Notes under the pieces: model-generated | The model's input: only the letters and a program-made list of their open reading frames with translations | Databases searched by the model: none | Told to the model about the DNA's origin: nothing | Translations under genes and position numbers: made by a program | Assembly: GCA_963693365.1 (NCBI GenBank) | Contig: CAVNZM010000003.1 | Span: 5,266,472-5,330,471, forward strand | Origin: Amoebidium appalachense | Taxonomy: Eukaryota > Protista > Ichthyosporea | DNA: 64,000 bases | Reading direction: 5' to 3' | Shown here: piece by piece, positions 26,095-49,888 of the stretch | How positions within the stretch are numbered: the first letter of the stretch is position 1 | How the letters are laid out: each line of letters opens with the position of its first letter

Positions 26095-26417
26095 GGGGGA
26101 GGGAGGGAGCGGGGGGGAGGGGGGGGGGGGGGGGGGAGGGAGCAAGCGAGGGGGGGGAGGGGGGGGGGAGTTGTTGTTGTTGTTGGGGACGGGGGGGGGG
26201 GGGGGGGTCTTCTAGTTTTGTGCTTCTTGTTACAGCGACATGAAACAAGGAATATAGTAGCCGATAATTTGGTTATAAAAGGTGGCTTGGGGGCACCTTA
26301 TTTCCAGTAGTCCCCCCCCCCCCCCCCCAAAAAAAAAAAAAATAAAAAAATAAAAAAATAAAAAGAAAATAAATTTGAAATGAAAAAAAGCCAAAAACAC
26401 ACAGAGAGAGCGAGTGT

Positions 26418-26457
<40 letters not shown>

Positions 26458-26959
26458 GGGGGGGAGGGGAGGGGGGCGGGGGGAAGAGAGAGAGAGAAAG
26501 AGAGGGGGGGGGGGGGGATGAATAATAAAATGCACGTGAAATCGGTAGATGGAAGGAGACAACATCTGGCCCATTTCACATGTGTGTGTACATGAGGGCA
26601 CACGCTTGAACATGTGAACAATGTGTGGACACACACACACACACTCAATGAAGTGCAAGTACACACAGACTATTAGGCATACCGTACAGACACACACACA
26701 CACACACACACTCCCGCACACACCGCGCACGCGCGCATGCACACACACGCACACATAGACACCACATACACTCAGACACACACACACCCACACACGCGCC
26801 CACGTGCGTGCACATTTTGAAATTCACCACACATGTGTGCGCGCGCACACACACAAACACACAAACACATACACACACGCACACTCACACACACCGGCAC
26901 TGGCACACATACACACACACACCTTTATCTTACCTTTTCCTTCCTCTCCCCCTCTTCTC

Positions 26960-27012
<53 letters not shown>

Positions 27013-27122
27013 ACACACACTTATCAGCAGGGGAAGACTGCGATGCACATTGCAGTGCAAGAGAAGAAGTTGGAGGTGGTCAGAAATCTGCCTGCATGCT
27101 TGGTCAACGTGGCTATGAGCAC

Positions 27123-27209
<87 letters not shown>

Positions 27210-27344
27210 ATGTGTTTGCGCCTATGTGTGTGCGTGTGTGTTTGCGCGTGCACGTGTGTGTGTGTGTGTGTATGTGTGTGTGTGCGTGTGTGTGTGCGTG
27301 CGTATGTATGCGTATGTGTGTGTGTGTGTGCGTGTGTGGGTGTG

Positions 27345-27420
<76 letters not shown>

Positions 27421-28224
27421 ACGCCTGGATGTTTGTGTGTCATTCGTGTGTGCGTGTGTACCTGTACTGTGTGCGCCCGCACGTGCAAGTGTGTGCATGT
27501 GTCTGTGTGCCTGTTTGCTTGTCTCTGCACGCTCCTGCCTGCATGCCTGTGTGCTTGTGCACATGTATCCTTCTGCCCACCCCCCCATCCCCCCCCCCCT
27601 TCTTCTGCCTCCCCCCCCCTCCCCACCCCCCCACCCCCCCCCCCCCACGGTACATCCCTGAGATTCCTTTGCCCCTCCCTCCACCCCCACCCCCTCCCGT
27701 CCTCCTCCCCTCTCCATCAACACGTGGAAATGTGTAGAATTAGATAACTGGGGCATTCGTATGGCTTCTCTGTTCACTCGGCACTCGTTTTGGCTTTTTT
27801 TTATATTAAAAAAACGGATTCTTTATTGTGTTTTTTTATTTTGTTTTGATTAATTGATGTCACCACCAAATTTACCAAATATATCCAAGTGTAATAGATA
27901 GCCAAAGGATGTTTTCCTGGCCTTGGCGAATATATTTCGACACACTAACCAGGACATGTCGTACGAAATTTAAAATTTCAGACCAAAGAGACCCCCTTGC
28001 ACCTAGCAGCACGGAAAGGGCTTCACCAAATTGTCGCATTGCTGCTTGAAAGAGGTGCCAGAAAAAACTCGAAGTCGATAATATGTATCCCCCACCCCCC
28101 TCCCCCCTCCCCCCCCTCCCCCCCCCCCCCCTCCCTCCCCCGGCCAAAAAAAACAAAAAACAAAAAAACAACTATCACCACCACCACCACAGACACCACC
28201 ACCCCTTCCCCGCCAATCCCCCCC

Positions 28225-28276
<52 letters not shown>

Positions 28277-28991
28277 AACCAAAAAAGAAAGAAAGAAAGA
28301 AAGGTGAAAAGAAGGCGGGGGGGGGGGGGGGGGGGGGGGGGAGGCAGGAGACGGAGTGGAAGAAGAAGAGAAAACAAGCAGGAACTAACCACAAAGCAAC
28401 ATAAATTCCTTCAGGGGGTATCTGTATAGGCGCAGTGGGCGAGGGCAAAGGGATGCACTGAGGACACTGCTCTTGATTCAAACGAGCTTCAGTTGTCGCA
28501 TATATCCCCCCCCCCCCCCCCCCCCCCCCCCGGCCCCTCACACCCCCTCTCTCCCTCCGTCCCACCTTCCCCCTCCATCCCTCCCTCTTTCCCTCCCTCC
28601 CTCCCTCCCTTCCTTCCTCCCTTCTCCACCCCCCCCCCCCCCCCCCTCCTCCTGTCTACCCGCTTCACGTTAGGGATGGAGTCTCACCCGTGCCTCTGCG
28701 TACAGACAGGACAGACACCCTTTGACGTTGCCTTGGAGTTCAAAAAGAACAACGTTTTTGGAATCCTCCGACATCCGGTATATATCCCCCCCTCCCCCTC
28801 CCCCCTGCCCGTCCCCTCTGTCCCTGTTCCTCCCTCCTCTTTCTCCCCTCTCTCTGTTTCGACCCCTTCATCCCCTCCGTTCTTTCTCTACCTGCTTCTC
28901 TGTAGTTGCGCACTTGGACGTTCATATGCTGAGCCACATGTGTTGGGCACCCAAATATACAGAGTATCCATGCACAACACACACACGCGCG

Positions 28992-29058
<67 letters not shown>

Positions 29059-29068
29059 GCGTGTGCGC

Positions 29069-29135
<67 letters not shown>

Positions 29136-31322
29136 TATGTGGACATTGCAACACTTTGAAAGGCCGATCGGATATATGTACATTTGCATCTGTGAAAGCC
29201 ATCGCATCACCGATTGTATCGTGGTGGGTCGACGTCTTGCTTCTGTTTTGATGTTTTTTCCGCTGCTAACTTGCAATGTTGAATGTGTATCTCTCCAACT
29301 TGCTCCTATGACTAAATGAAAGGGGCAATCTTGGTGATGGTGGTGGTGGTCACTTTTTTTTGGGGGGGGGGAGGGGGGGGGGGAGAGGGGGGGGGGGTTG
29401 CACTTCAGATTGCTGTGTTGGGAATCAAAGTGCTGGAAGAGACAGAAGAGACAAATTGGAGTGTTTGTGCTTGAAGCTTTTTTTTTTTTTTTTCTTTTTT
29501 TTCGGCGGCGGGGGGGGGGGGGGGGGGGGGGGGGGAGGGCACATTGAATTGGATGTGAATGTTTGATTTGTGCATTAATTATCTTTCGATGGCAGCTAGG
29601 CTCAAACGGATCGACGCACCAGGCAACACCCGACCATTTCCCCGCTGTGGCCTTAACACAACCGGCACAACAGACCGAAATTACGCAAGGGATCGCGTCG
29701 ATCACTCTCCAATCACAAAAACCACAGGAAACACCAGCAATCGCTTCAATCAACACACCGATTACGCCGATTACGCCGATCACGTCGATCACGCCAATCC
29801 CTACCACAGCTACCCCGCCCGCCGTTACCGCGGCCGCCATGACCAATCAAATTTCTCAAGGGGGTTTTTCAGCCCCAATGCCAAATTCCTTATGCCTCCG
29901 CAATTTCAGATGTTTCCCCCCGCAGGCACACCCACATTTCCGAGCACCATAGCTCTCCCCTTCCCCCCACCCTTTTTTCCCGGAATAAAACCCTTTTTTC
30001 CCGTTGGCGGAAACGGAAAGAGCGATTTCAAGCCGGGTGCTTCTATTGCTGCAAACAACGTCAATTCTACACCGAATTTTCCCACTTTTACTCCCCCCGT
30101 AGGAAATTTCACGTTTGCCCCTCTCACCACAACCACCACCAACACCACCACCATCACAACCACCACCAACAACACTCTGAATTTTAAAAACAGTATTAAC
30201 AAGTCCTTTAACAAAAATGCAACGAAAACCCAATCATCTGGGCCGTGGGTTTCTACTCCTGTTAAAGAATTTAGTGGGGTTTTATATGGCGTAAATGGTG
30301 ACCCCGACTTTACAAAGTATTTTGTCTCTGTGTACTAATCGGCTTCGAGTTCCTTCAAGGTGTGTAATCCCCCCCCCCCCCCCCCCCCCCCTTCTCCCCC
30401 CAAAGGAGGGTGGGCTCTCACATTGTGGATGGCTTGCCCCCCCCCCCCCCCCTCCCCCCCCCCCCCCCCCCCTCTTCCCCCCTCCCGATGAGAGTGGGCC
30501 CTAAATATTATGTTATTATGCATACTTTTTGTATGTGCTTTGTACCTTCCATTGCGTCGTCTTTTGTTACTCTGTTTTTCGCACTCTGTAACTCATCCTA
30601 CCTCCCCCCTCCCCGCCACCCCACCCCACCTGCCACCCTCTCCCCCCCCCCAACCAACCAACCAACCAACCTACCAACCAACCAAAGCAAGAGAGGGGGA
30701 GAAAACAATAAGAAACCCTCTTCTCGTCCAACCCTCCCCCCCCCCCTCCCCCTCCCCCTCTCCCCTCCCCTCTCTCTGTCTCTTTGAATGACTCACTCCC
30801 CCTGAGGATGGGCTCTGCTTATTATCCATACTCTTTATATGTGCTCTGCAATCTGCATGGTGTTGTCTATCATGAATCTGGACCTCGTCCTTTATAACAC
30901 TTTCTTGACCCATTATAACTCATTCTTGAGCCATCATAACGAAGCCATTATAACTTATTCATAACCCGTATTAGCTCATTTTAACCCATTGTAACTCATT
31001 TCTAACTCATTAACTCACTCTTAACCCGTCATAACTGATTATTAATTACAATTTAAATCAATTTTTTTTGATCCAATATAACTCTTTTAACCCATATCTT
31101 CCCCATGCAGCATCCCTCCCTGTTGTGCATTCGTCATGTCCACATTCAAAATGTTTGATCCTTCTTTGTGTGTTTTCACATGTTCTTCGTTTCTCAGTGT
31201 GTTGCTGACCCATCACCAAACCCCTTTTCAACCCCTTCCCTCCTTCCTCTCCCCCATCCCCTCTTCCACACAACAAACACACACACACGTACACGTATCC
31301 CCCCCCCCCCCCCCTATAACAC

Positions 31323-31441
<119 letters not shown>

Positions 31442-31467
31442 CACACACAACACACACACATGTACCC

Positions 31468-31507
<40 letters not shown>

Positions 31508-31553
31508 CCCCAGTATTTTGTACCGTGTTCCGCATTCTAACCCCCCTGTCCTC

Positions 31554-31588
<35 letters not shown>

Positions 31589-31634
31589 CGTACACCCCCT
31601 CGCTCCCTCATCCCCCTCCCCCCTCCCTCCCCCC

Positions 31635-31689
<55 letters not shown>

Positions 31690-31695
31690 ACATAG

Positions 31696-32270
31696 GATGC
31701 CATACGTCACCTCCTCCGCACCCCAGCCGTTGTCTTCCACTCAGAGGGGTCATCCCCCCAAGGCCCGGGGGTTCTCCTATTCGGCGCCCAAGGCGACGAC
31801 CAATCAAATCCCGTTCGTGCACGTGACAACGTGTACGTGTACATCTTTGACCTTCTCTCGCCTTCCGCCAATGAAATGACGCCTTACCTTCAGCCGATCC
31901 TCGGGTTGTACAAAATCGTCAAAGTATGGCATGACCTCTCCAACGACTCCCACCAATTGTTTTTGGGCTCGAAATTCCCTTGAAGGGGGTTTTTGACATG
32001 CAAATTGCGTACGAGTGCCTCACGGGGGACATGTTTTCAGGACTGAATTTGGTCAGTGAGAAATTTCGCGGGAAATCGCGCAGCACAAAGACTTCCGTCA
32101 GGAATGTTACGGATGACGACACCAGGAATGTAATCTGGACAAAGTGGCCAATCAAATAGCAGCTTCTAGACCAGGCAGCCAATGAAATCGTTTCATTCTT
32201 GGCGTGTGTCCCGCCACTGAAAGATGCTTTGGAAGAGAAACCACCCGGGGCATATGACACCGTACTACGG
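31696..32270 (+). pseudogene. DEDDy (WRN/EXD1/Egalitarian-type) exonuclease-like domain exon
   Basis: Translated by hand; the ORF track shows only its tail: AVVFHSEG...VYIFDLL...KIVKVWHDLSNDSHQL / LKGVFDMQIAYECL...W.KWPI.*.LLDQAANEI. This follows the ExoI, ExoII, FDTQ and ExoIII layout. Confidence 0.75.
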
Positions 32271-32464
32271 GTGGGTGTCCCCCCTCCCCCCCCCCCTCCC
32301 CTCCCCTCCTCCCCCTCCTCCCCCCCCCCCCCCCCCCTTCCCCCCCCTCCCCTCCGCGCACCCCCCCCCCCCCCCCCCACCCCACCCCAACCTACCTCCT
32401 CTCCCACCACCATCACATTTATGAGTCCCTCCCTTGTCCCCTGATCCTATTATTCCCCAACCTC

Positions 32465-32497
<33 letters not shown>

Positions 32498-32635
32498 AAG
32501 TTAGTTAATCATATATAAAATAAAATAATAAATAAAATAAGGCACACATGTACACTATCGGGATTGCCATACCTACCTTTCCTTCAGAGCAACTCCTTCG
32601 CCTCACGCACGTATCACCCTCCCTCTCCCCCCTCG

Positions 32636-32679
<44 letters not shown>

Positions 32680-32931
32680 TTCCCCGGCCCCTGCAGCCTG
32701 GTGCTACCAGAAGCATACACTACCAATGCTCATTTTCACTCAGCTATCTCCCCCCACCCCACACCCCACACCCCACACCCCCTTAATCATGGTTAGCTTT
32801 ATTTTAATTACTTTCTGCCCTTCTTCATATTTAGCTACTCTCTTTCCCCCATTCCCATACTTAGCTTCCCCCCCCCCCCCCCCCTCCCCCCCCCCATTCT
32901 CATATGCCCCATATCACCTGCCCATCCACAG

Positions 32932-35131
32932 GCGTCACAAAACCGAGCAATTTGGCTAAGAAGCGACCAATCAGATTCGTCGGCGAACCGCCAAAAATGT
33001 GCAGCCGCAAATTGCTATTGGATAACATTGACCAATCAGGCGCCTCGAGGTCACGGCAGCTATTGGTCGATCAGGCGATGGAGAACATTTTGGAGTTGAT
33101 CCCTGAGCAGTTTCGAACCAAATTGGGAAATGGAATGCAGATCTACAGCCTTCGCGATATCATCTTGGACGTCGATCGGCCCTCTTATGCGTATTTCTCC
33201 GGAAAGGGCGGAAAAAGCAAACGTGTAAACCTGAACGACGATCCGAGGGAGATTTACACCAGAGAGATGCTTAATCGGGCCATGGGATTGTTGGAGGGTC
33301 GATTCGGGCCGGACAACCGGGCCGGTATGGACGGTTCACTCCATCGAATCAGTTGCATGCGTAACAACAGGGGCGAGGTTTACGCTTTGACTATTCGGAT
33401 CGGGCGATCGGCACCCGGAAACAGCGATATGATTCGCGATCTGCTTTTAGATCCGTCGCGATCCGTTCTCCTATTGGGCGTTCCGGGATCGGGGAAAACT
33501 ACGATTGTGCGCGATGCGGCGCGATTGATAGCGGAAGAACAGTTGAATGTTGTTGTTGTCGACACATCCAATGAGATTTGCGGCGACGGGGACGTGCCTC
33601 ATTGGTCGGTCGGAATGGCCCGGAGAATGATGGTACCCAACGTCGAATCACAGGCGAGGGTTATGATTGAGTGTGTTCAGAATCATACCTCGGACGTGAT
33701 CGTAATCGATGAGGTCGGACGGCCCAATGAGGTCGCGGCAGCGAAAACGGTGAAGTAGCGAGGCGTCCGATTGGTTGCTAGCGCCCATGGAAGTTTCCGG
33801 CAACTCGTGAAAAACCCCCAGTTGAATGGGTTTGGTGGGGGGGGGTCACGACGGTGTTGGGCATGATGGCACAAGCAGGTACGTGCGTGTATGTGTGGTT
33901 GTGTGGGCGGGTGTGTGTGTGTGGGGGGGGGGGGGGGGGGGGGGGAGGGGGGGGGGAGGGGGTGGGTAGGTGGATGGGTGTGTGTGTGTGTGTGTGTGTG
34001 TGTTGGGAGGGGGGGGAGGGGGTTATGTGTGTGTGTGTGGTGGGGGGGGAGGGGGAGGGGGGAGGGAGGGGAGGGGGGGGATGTGAATGGCTGGTAGCGT
34101 TGTGTGTGTGTGGAGGGATGGGTGTTAGTGCGTTTTCGCACACATGCGTTAAGAGGGGAGAAGGGACACGTTGATGGTGGAAGTGGGTGATATACATGTG
34201 CATACTTGAGAAGGGGGCGGGGGAGAGGGGAGGGGGAGAGCTACAGGGAGAGGGAGGAATAGATGTTGCAGAAGAAAGAAAATAAGTGTTATCACATCCC
34301 AAGAGCTGTGGTGAAAGGGAGAGGGAGAGGGAAAGAGACGGAAAGGGCAATTAAGGGGAACTGTTTTTCCCCGGGTAGGAGGGAGAGGGGGGGGGGGGGG
34401 GGGTCTTTGCAACTTGCAAGAAATGTGGGCACAGACTTCACTGGAAAGGTGTTTGTGTCCATGTTTGCATTTGCATATGCGTGTGCGAGCGTGTGCTCGT
34501 CCACGTACGTGTGTCGTATATGTTTCCGAAGCGTGGTCCGAATACTGCCATCTACAATATTGTCACGCTTTTGATTCTGCGTAGAACCCCCCCCCCCCCC
34601 CCCCCTTTCTTCATGCATGTTCTCTCTGCGCTCTCTCTTCTACGGAGGACCTCGTTCTCTAATATCATTGTGCGCGAACCAACCCAGCGCGAGCTAGCCA
34701 TATATCCATGCGGCCACCCATTTAGAGGCCGCTAAATACATGTGTGCACTAGGCTGCTAACCATAAATGGGCACAAAAATGTGGGTTGCTACTAATGACC
34801 ACATGTGTACACAATATACATATGACACATACACACATATATACATACTGTTAACCATTATTTTAAGGCCTGCTAACCATTTTTGAATAACAACACATAG
34901 GTTGCCGAACGATGCGGCGAGCCAATCTTCGACACAGGGGTGGAGCTACGTCAGAACGCCTTCCATATATGGCGGGTGATTGATCAATCAGGTGACGCCG
35001 TTGACGAGATTCTTTCGGGCCGACCATTCAGTGCGCACTACCACCAGAGACAGCCCGAGGGAGATCACGTGACTATTCGGTGGGCGAAAATCGGAATTGA
35101 GGATGATGAGTTGCCCTGGACCCCTGCGTGA
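32932..35131 (+). pseudogene. ycf45: Ycf45/SpoIIIAA-like P-loop AAA+ ATPase module (C-terminal part of the fusion)
   Basis: DNRAGMDGSLHRISCMRN..LTIRIGR; Walker A GVPGSGKTT; VDTSNEICGDGDVPH; RRMMVP; ECVQNHTSDVIVIDE (Walker B); K*RGVRLVASAHG; ER.GEPIFD...AVDEILSG. Confidence 0.9.
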
Positions 35132-35306
35132 AGGGAAATATACCGGAATATCATTTGGATTTTTGGAATGGTTTGAATGGATTATGAGTCGGGGTCCGGG
35201 GATGGGTTTTCTGAATGTTTGTAATGTCTTTTGGGGGTAGTGTAGAATAGCAGTTGTATCAAAGTTTTGTTGAGTGGCACGTCGTGACTCATCTTGTTTC
35301 TCTCAC

Positions 35307-35484
<178 letters not shown>

Positions 35485-36885
35485 CCCCCCCCCCCCCCCC
35501 TCCCCCCTCCCTTTTCTAACCCCTTAGGTAATCTTCGAATACCGGACAGCTATGTGGTGGTGTTGTTGCTTTTTAATCGTCGTCGTCGGGGCGGGCAGGG
35601 GGGAGGGGGGGGGGGGGGGGAGTAGGAGTATTAGTCGTATGATGCCCGTTTGCAGATAATTCTTTTTCCAAAAAGTGCTCTACTTTGGGATCTTTTTTTC
35701 GTCTTCCAAAACACGGGCTGTCAGATGTTCAATGGATGGTTTCTTGGTTGTATCAGTACTGTATAACACAGGCCGTGCGGGTCACGGCTGTACATGTATG
35801 TATGGCTGATAATGTATGGCTGTATGTATGCACGATATTACAGAAGTAGAATTGAACGGTTAATGATGTGGTTTCTATGTCACACACACACACACACGTG
35901 CGACAGTGCGCAATAACCATAAAAGACTAGTCTACTTTTGACAACTTTTGCTATATTTCTTATCATAATTACTAGTAAACGTAAATAAAGAAAGGCCAAC
36001 AAATGGACATCGATCGTCAGAGAGAAATCAAAATTTTATAAAGCCTTCTGTCGACCCACTGTTACAAATGTTTGTTTCTCTTGATTGGTCGCGAGTGCGA
36101 TGAGGCGAAAGGACCGACTAGGGAGGGAGCAGGGAGAGGTCAACCGGGAGAACTTCAAGTTGCACTGAGTACTTGTTGGGTGGGAGGGCCCACCCCTTTT
36201 GGGGGGGGGGGGGGGGGGGGGGGGGAGATTTTCTTGTATTTTTGTATGTGCGCACGTGCGTCCGTGCATATTATGCGTGTGTGTGCACTTGTGTGACGTG
36301 TGTGCGTGCACATGGTGTGCGTGTGTGTCAAGTTCTGTGACAGCGTGTGTGTGCGTGTACGCGTGTGCGGTGCGTGGGTGCGTATGTGCGTATGTGCGTG
36401 TGCGCGTGTGCACGCGCGCGTGTGTGTGTGAGTGTGTGCGTGCGTGCGTGTGCGTTTGCTCTGTTTGCGTGTGCGTTGACGGTGTATAAACCAGAGTACA
36501 TATAAACCTCTCCACTACAGGCTCTGCTCCTACATAGCCAGGAATTCGGAATCCGATTCTGCGGATCCCGGACCTCCGGTCCAGATCTATTCGCTTTGCC
36601 TCAAATTGTGATTGGCGAATATCCTTCAATTAGTGATCTTTTTATGGAAATATCGCCTTTGGTGAACAACTATTGGCTATATGTCACGACCATAAAGCTC
36701 ATGTGCAACAAGCTTCACAAAAAACAACAAACGACAAATCTCGAGCAACTTTTTCACCTCTATAGCAGCCAAAAACCATCACCCTTCTCTCTCTCATCAA
36801 AAACCATGTCCCTTACGCAAGCTTTTTTGACATAGATGCCCACATCGTTACACCATGAGAGCCACGCATGTACTAGACGTGGAAG

Positions 36886-45869
<8,984 letters not shown>

Positions 45870-46220
45870 AGGATCCATGATTCAATTCCTGTACTAGTGT
45901 GTTGTTAAAGGCATTCGAAAACCCGAGAACAACAAAAGGCTTCCCCCCTCCTCCTTTTTCTTTTTTTTTCCTGTAACGGTTCCCAAGCTTTCCTAACAGT
46001 TTGCGTACACAACCCAATTTAGATGCGTTTTTGTTCAATTTTGGTTACTGAGACAGATAGAACGGAACAAGGGGCCATGTAAATATTATGCTCGGAGTCC
46101 TTTGTGTGGTCACACAAAGCTTTAATAATAGTACTGGTGGCTTCGATGATCCGTTATCATCCTTCAGACGAATAAAGGCAGGGTTATTTTTTGCAGTTCT
46201 AAGGGGATTTTGCGAGCGAT

Positions 46221-46251
<31 letters not shown>

Positions 46252-48683
46252 TCCCCCTCTCATCGATCCCCTTCCCCCCGCCCGCCCTCGGGGGCCATCA
46301 GCCTCTAAGTACCACTTTTGTCCGCCTGTTTAGTTTTAGCTTTTTGCTAATTTATATTGCAAGTGATTTTGTTCGAACGCGACTGACTTGTTATCGGCAG
46401 CGACGTCTGACTCGTATCCTGGCCATGGCATGCCCTGACTCCGCTCGGGGCCTGAGTCGGCGCCGTGTGATCATTATATCAAATCAGCTCTACTGCCAGA
46501 GTCTGCGGTCACCGTTCTCTCTCTCTCTCTCTCCCCCCCCCCCTCCCCCCCTCTCCCCCCCCCCCCCCCCCCCCCCCCCCTTGTTGATCGTGGCACCTTT
46601 GGAGCTGGACTGCAACCATATTCCTACCTTTTTGAAAAATATATATGTAGCCTAGTATTAAAGGTTTCTTTAATGTTTTATCAGTGAAATTATTAGAACT
46701 GGGTTTCAATTCATGATCAACTCTCAGGCTCGGAGTACAATGTCATGTTGTATCATGATTGGGTAAGGCAGGCCGCGGGTCATTAAATTATGTAGGGCCG
46801 CACGTGCGTGTGCGTGTAGTGATGGTGGTGGTGGGGGTGGGGGTGGGGTGTGTGTGGGGTGGGGGGGAAGGGGGGAAGGGGGGGTGGGGGTGGGGTGGTT
46901 TGGGGGGGGGGGGGGGGGGGGAGGGAGGGGGGGGGGGGGGGGGGGGGGCTGGGCAGCCTGGGGGGCCGGTCCGGGCTCGCGAGATGCATGATGCGATGAT
47001 TGCCAAATAGCCAATCAGACCGTCAAATAGATTTGAATAGATCCGTTTTTTGATGCATTTTGAACCAACCAATCTCACAAAAGCGAACACAAATTAGCTG
47101 TTTATGGTGCGTCATTCCACTTTCCTATTGGTAAAATGTTCTTTTATGGAGCGTAGTGGCTTTCTTTGCACCACCATCACGTCAGTGCCAGTGGTTATCT
47201 CAGGCAGAGGCCCCCTGTTTCGAAAGAAAACCCCTCCAAAACCCTAACGGTTCTAGCCCTTCACAAGTAAATATGATAACGTTTAGAAATCATACGCGTT
47301 TCTGTTTCAGGTTTTTATGTATCGATTTAATTATGGTGACAGCCGTCCGTCACTGTTACTTCGCATTCGTCACGTGCACGCGTAGGTCACACGGTGTGCT
47401 GCGTGACCGTCGTTACCGGATGACGAACCTAGCTTGTAAGCAAGTGCAGTTAGGAAGTAGCACCTTGGTAGCTTTTGCATATGCCATGGTGCAGAGTGTT
47501 CAGAGAGAGTCATATCGTGCTTTGATTGCGCTGCAGCACATTGCTCCGTGACTGCAAACATTTTGTGTGTTTGCACAGAACTAGAGATTAAAGCCGATCC
47601 ATACCTTCTTCTTTACATTTCCCCCCTTGACCACGGGGGAAATACTTGGATAATAACTTCCGAATACAATAGTTACTCTATATGGACGGAAAGTTAACAG
47701 GTGGCACAGCGGCCAGGCAAACGTATGCGCAGTAATTCCTCTCCATCCACAGTAATAACATATAAACCTGTTCCAAAAGGTGTAGTAGGCATCACACAGC
47801 AAACTACTATACAAAGCCCAAGACCCCGTGACGGCAACCGGTGTAGAAAACAACCTCTATAAACATAACAACACGTCCAGTATTCCTCCTTCGAAAATGT
47901 TCTCCACCACAGGAAAAGCAGAAGACCAACCAAACATTGTTTTTCTTCCAAAGCAGCCAACGACCTCGACCTCCACGAGGCAAGAAAACAAAGGTGGCAG
48001 CGCCGGCACCGCATTTCCATCGTTGTTGGGTTTATCGGCGTGTTTTTTGTCACCGCGGGAATTGGGTTAACATTTGTTCACCTCCTGCATGAAAAGGGGC
48101 CTGAGAGTGAAAATACGACGCGAAACTCCGTGGGACTCTGAATGCCGTTATGGCTGTTTTGTTTTCGTTCGGGTGCCTCATGTGCTATGGGGGGTTTTGT
48201 GCGACGAAATGGCTGCGTTCGATGAAGCCGGGGAGCGACACGGACTCGAGGGCGCAGCTGGTGGATGCTGAGTTGAAGGCATAGAATGCATTTTTGGCGG
48301 GTTTGTCCCGGTTTTTTTTTTTTTGTTTTTTTTTTAAAAAAAATAAAAAAAATAAAAATCTCCACACCTATGCCGTCACTTTTTGGGTGGCTGTGAGTAC
48401 TGTACGTACGTAAACCCTCATAGGCCCAATTCCAACTGCACGTACACATCGGGCCGGTATTACAAGCATATGAAATGAACTTCCGGGAATATTCTCATTA
48501 TTAGTAACCGATTGTTTGATTTTAGCAAAAAGTTTCACTGACAGGCTGCAGTTCTTGAGGCATGTGTAGTATAGCTACAGAAAAGCAATTTGCCGACTCG
48601 ACAGGGAATGAACATTTCATGGCGATGGTGCGCGGGGTGCTATCGGTTTTTTTTATTTTTTTATTTTTTTTATTTTTTTTGGT

Positions 48684-48714
<31 letters not shown>

Positions 48715-49453
48715 AGGCTCGAGAAGATGTTTAGAAGTGTGTGAGTGTGTGGTTGGTTTTTTTTTTTTGGTGGTGATGGTGGGGCTGAGGGGAGGGGGGT
48801 ATAGTCTGATCTTAAGTAAAGCACACAAGGAAGCACAATATCGAAGGCATGCATTCAGCGATTTGGTTCGAGTAATTTATCATTTTAAGCACCTTCAATG
48901 TTGCTGACCTTTGAATTTATTAGGGGTTCTAAAGAATTGAAACGAGGATTGTCGGTCTTTAGGTCACACACCGTATGGCCACGACACAGAATAGATGAAA
49001 TGTTGCCTCAACTCCCCCCCCCCCCCCCCCCCCTTCCCCCTCCACCCCCCCGTCCCTACACACACACACACACACCTGCCCACTCAAACACCATCCATTC
49101 TAGCCCTAAAGCATTTGCAAACAAGAACATAGCTGTACATAACTATCATGCACATGCACGCCCACACATCCACACACACGCAGAAACGTGCACGCACACG
49201 CGGGAGCACAAGCGCGTCCGCACACACACAAGCACACATAATACATAATAATATAGCCCAGGGGAACTCTGACGAACTACAATTAACTTTTGAATCACGG
49301 GAGCAGACTGATACTATGAATAAAGCGGCGCCGCAGCAGTAAATCTTCATGTGACCTCCAGCCAGCATCCACATGGCCAATTCGATTAAGTCTTCACAGA
49401 AACTATGAAAGTTAGACTTCTTGGCGGTGGTGGTGGGTGGGTGGGGGGGGGTC

Positions 49454-49496
49454 GATTGGCTTGCGAAAAATGGGGGGGGGGGGGGGGGGGGGGGGG

Positions 49497-49534
<38 letters not shown>

Positions 49535-49848
49535 GGGGGTAGTACATGGGGGGGGAAGGGGGGGGGGGGGGGGGGGAAGGATTTGCGTGAAAAAATGGGG
49601 GGGCATTTTTTTTTTTTTTTTTTTTGGGGGGGGGGGGGGGGGGGAGTAGGCCGGGGAGAGGCCGGGGGGGTTGATTGGCGTGAAAAGCCAGAGTGACTGT
49701 CACGGTATTTGGAGGGCCTAAGGGATAAGGGGTGGGTTGGGTGGTTGGTGGGGGTGGGGGTCGAGCGGCTTGAAAAAAAGGGCGTGTATTGCCAGCGCGC
49801 CACAGTGTATATGTGTGGGTGGGTGGGTTGGCCGGTGGTGGTGGTGGT

Positions 49849-49888
<40 letters not shown>

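Noticed and set aside
29559-29870. ORF-track protein MAARLKRIDAPG...DYADYADH as a separate gene
   Set aside because: The splice phase from 28777 selects the other frame (LGSNGSTHQ..TPITPI). The 259-aa ORF is probably correct only after the frameshift near 29865.
30905-31045. Degenerate ~20-bp CCCATTATAACTCATT repeats
   Set aside because: Low-complexity AT-rich intronic decay with no defined boundaries.
47581-48449. Several 60-120-aa ORFs on both strands
   Set aside because: No recognisable motifs or consistent splice structure; kept only as a weak transcription hypothesis.
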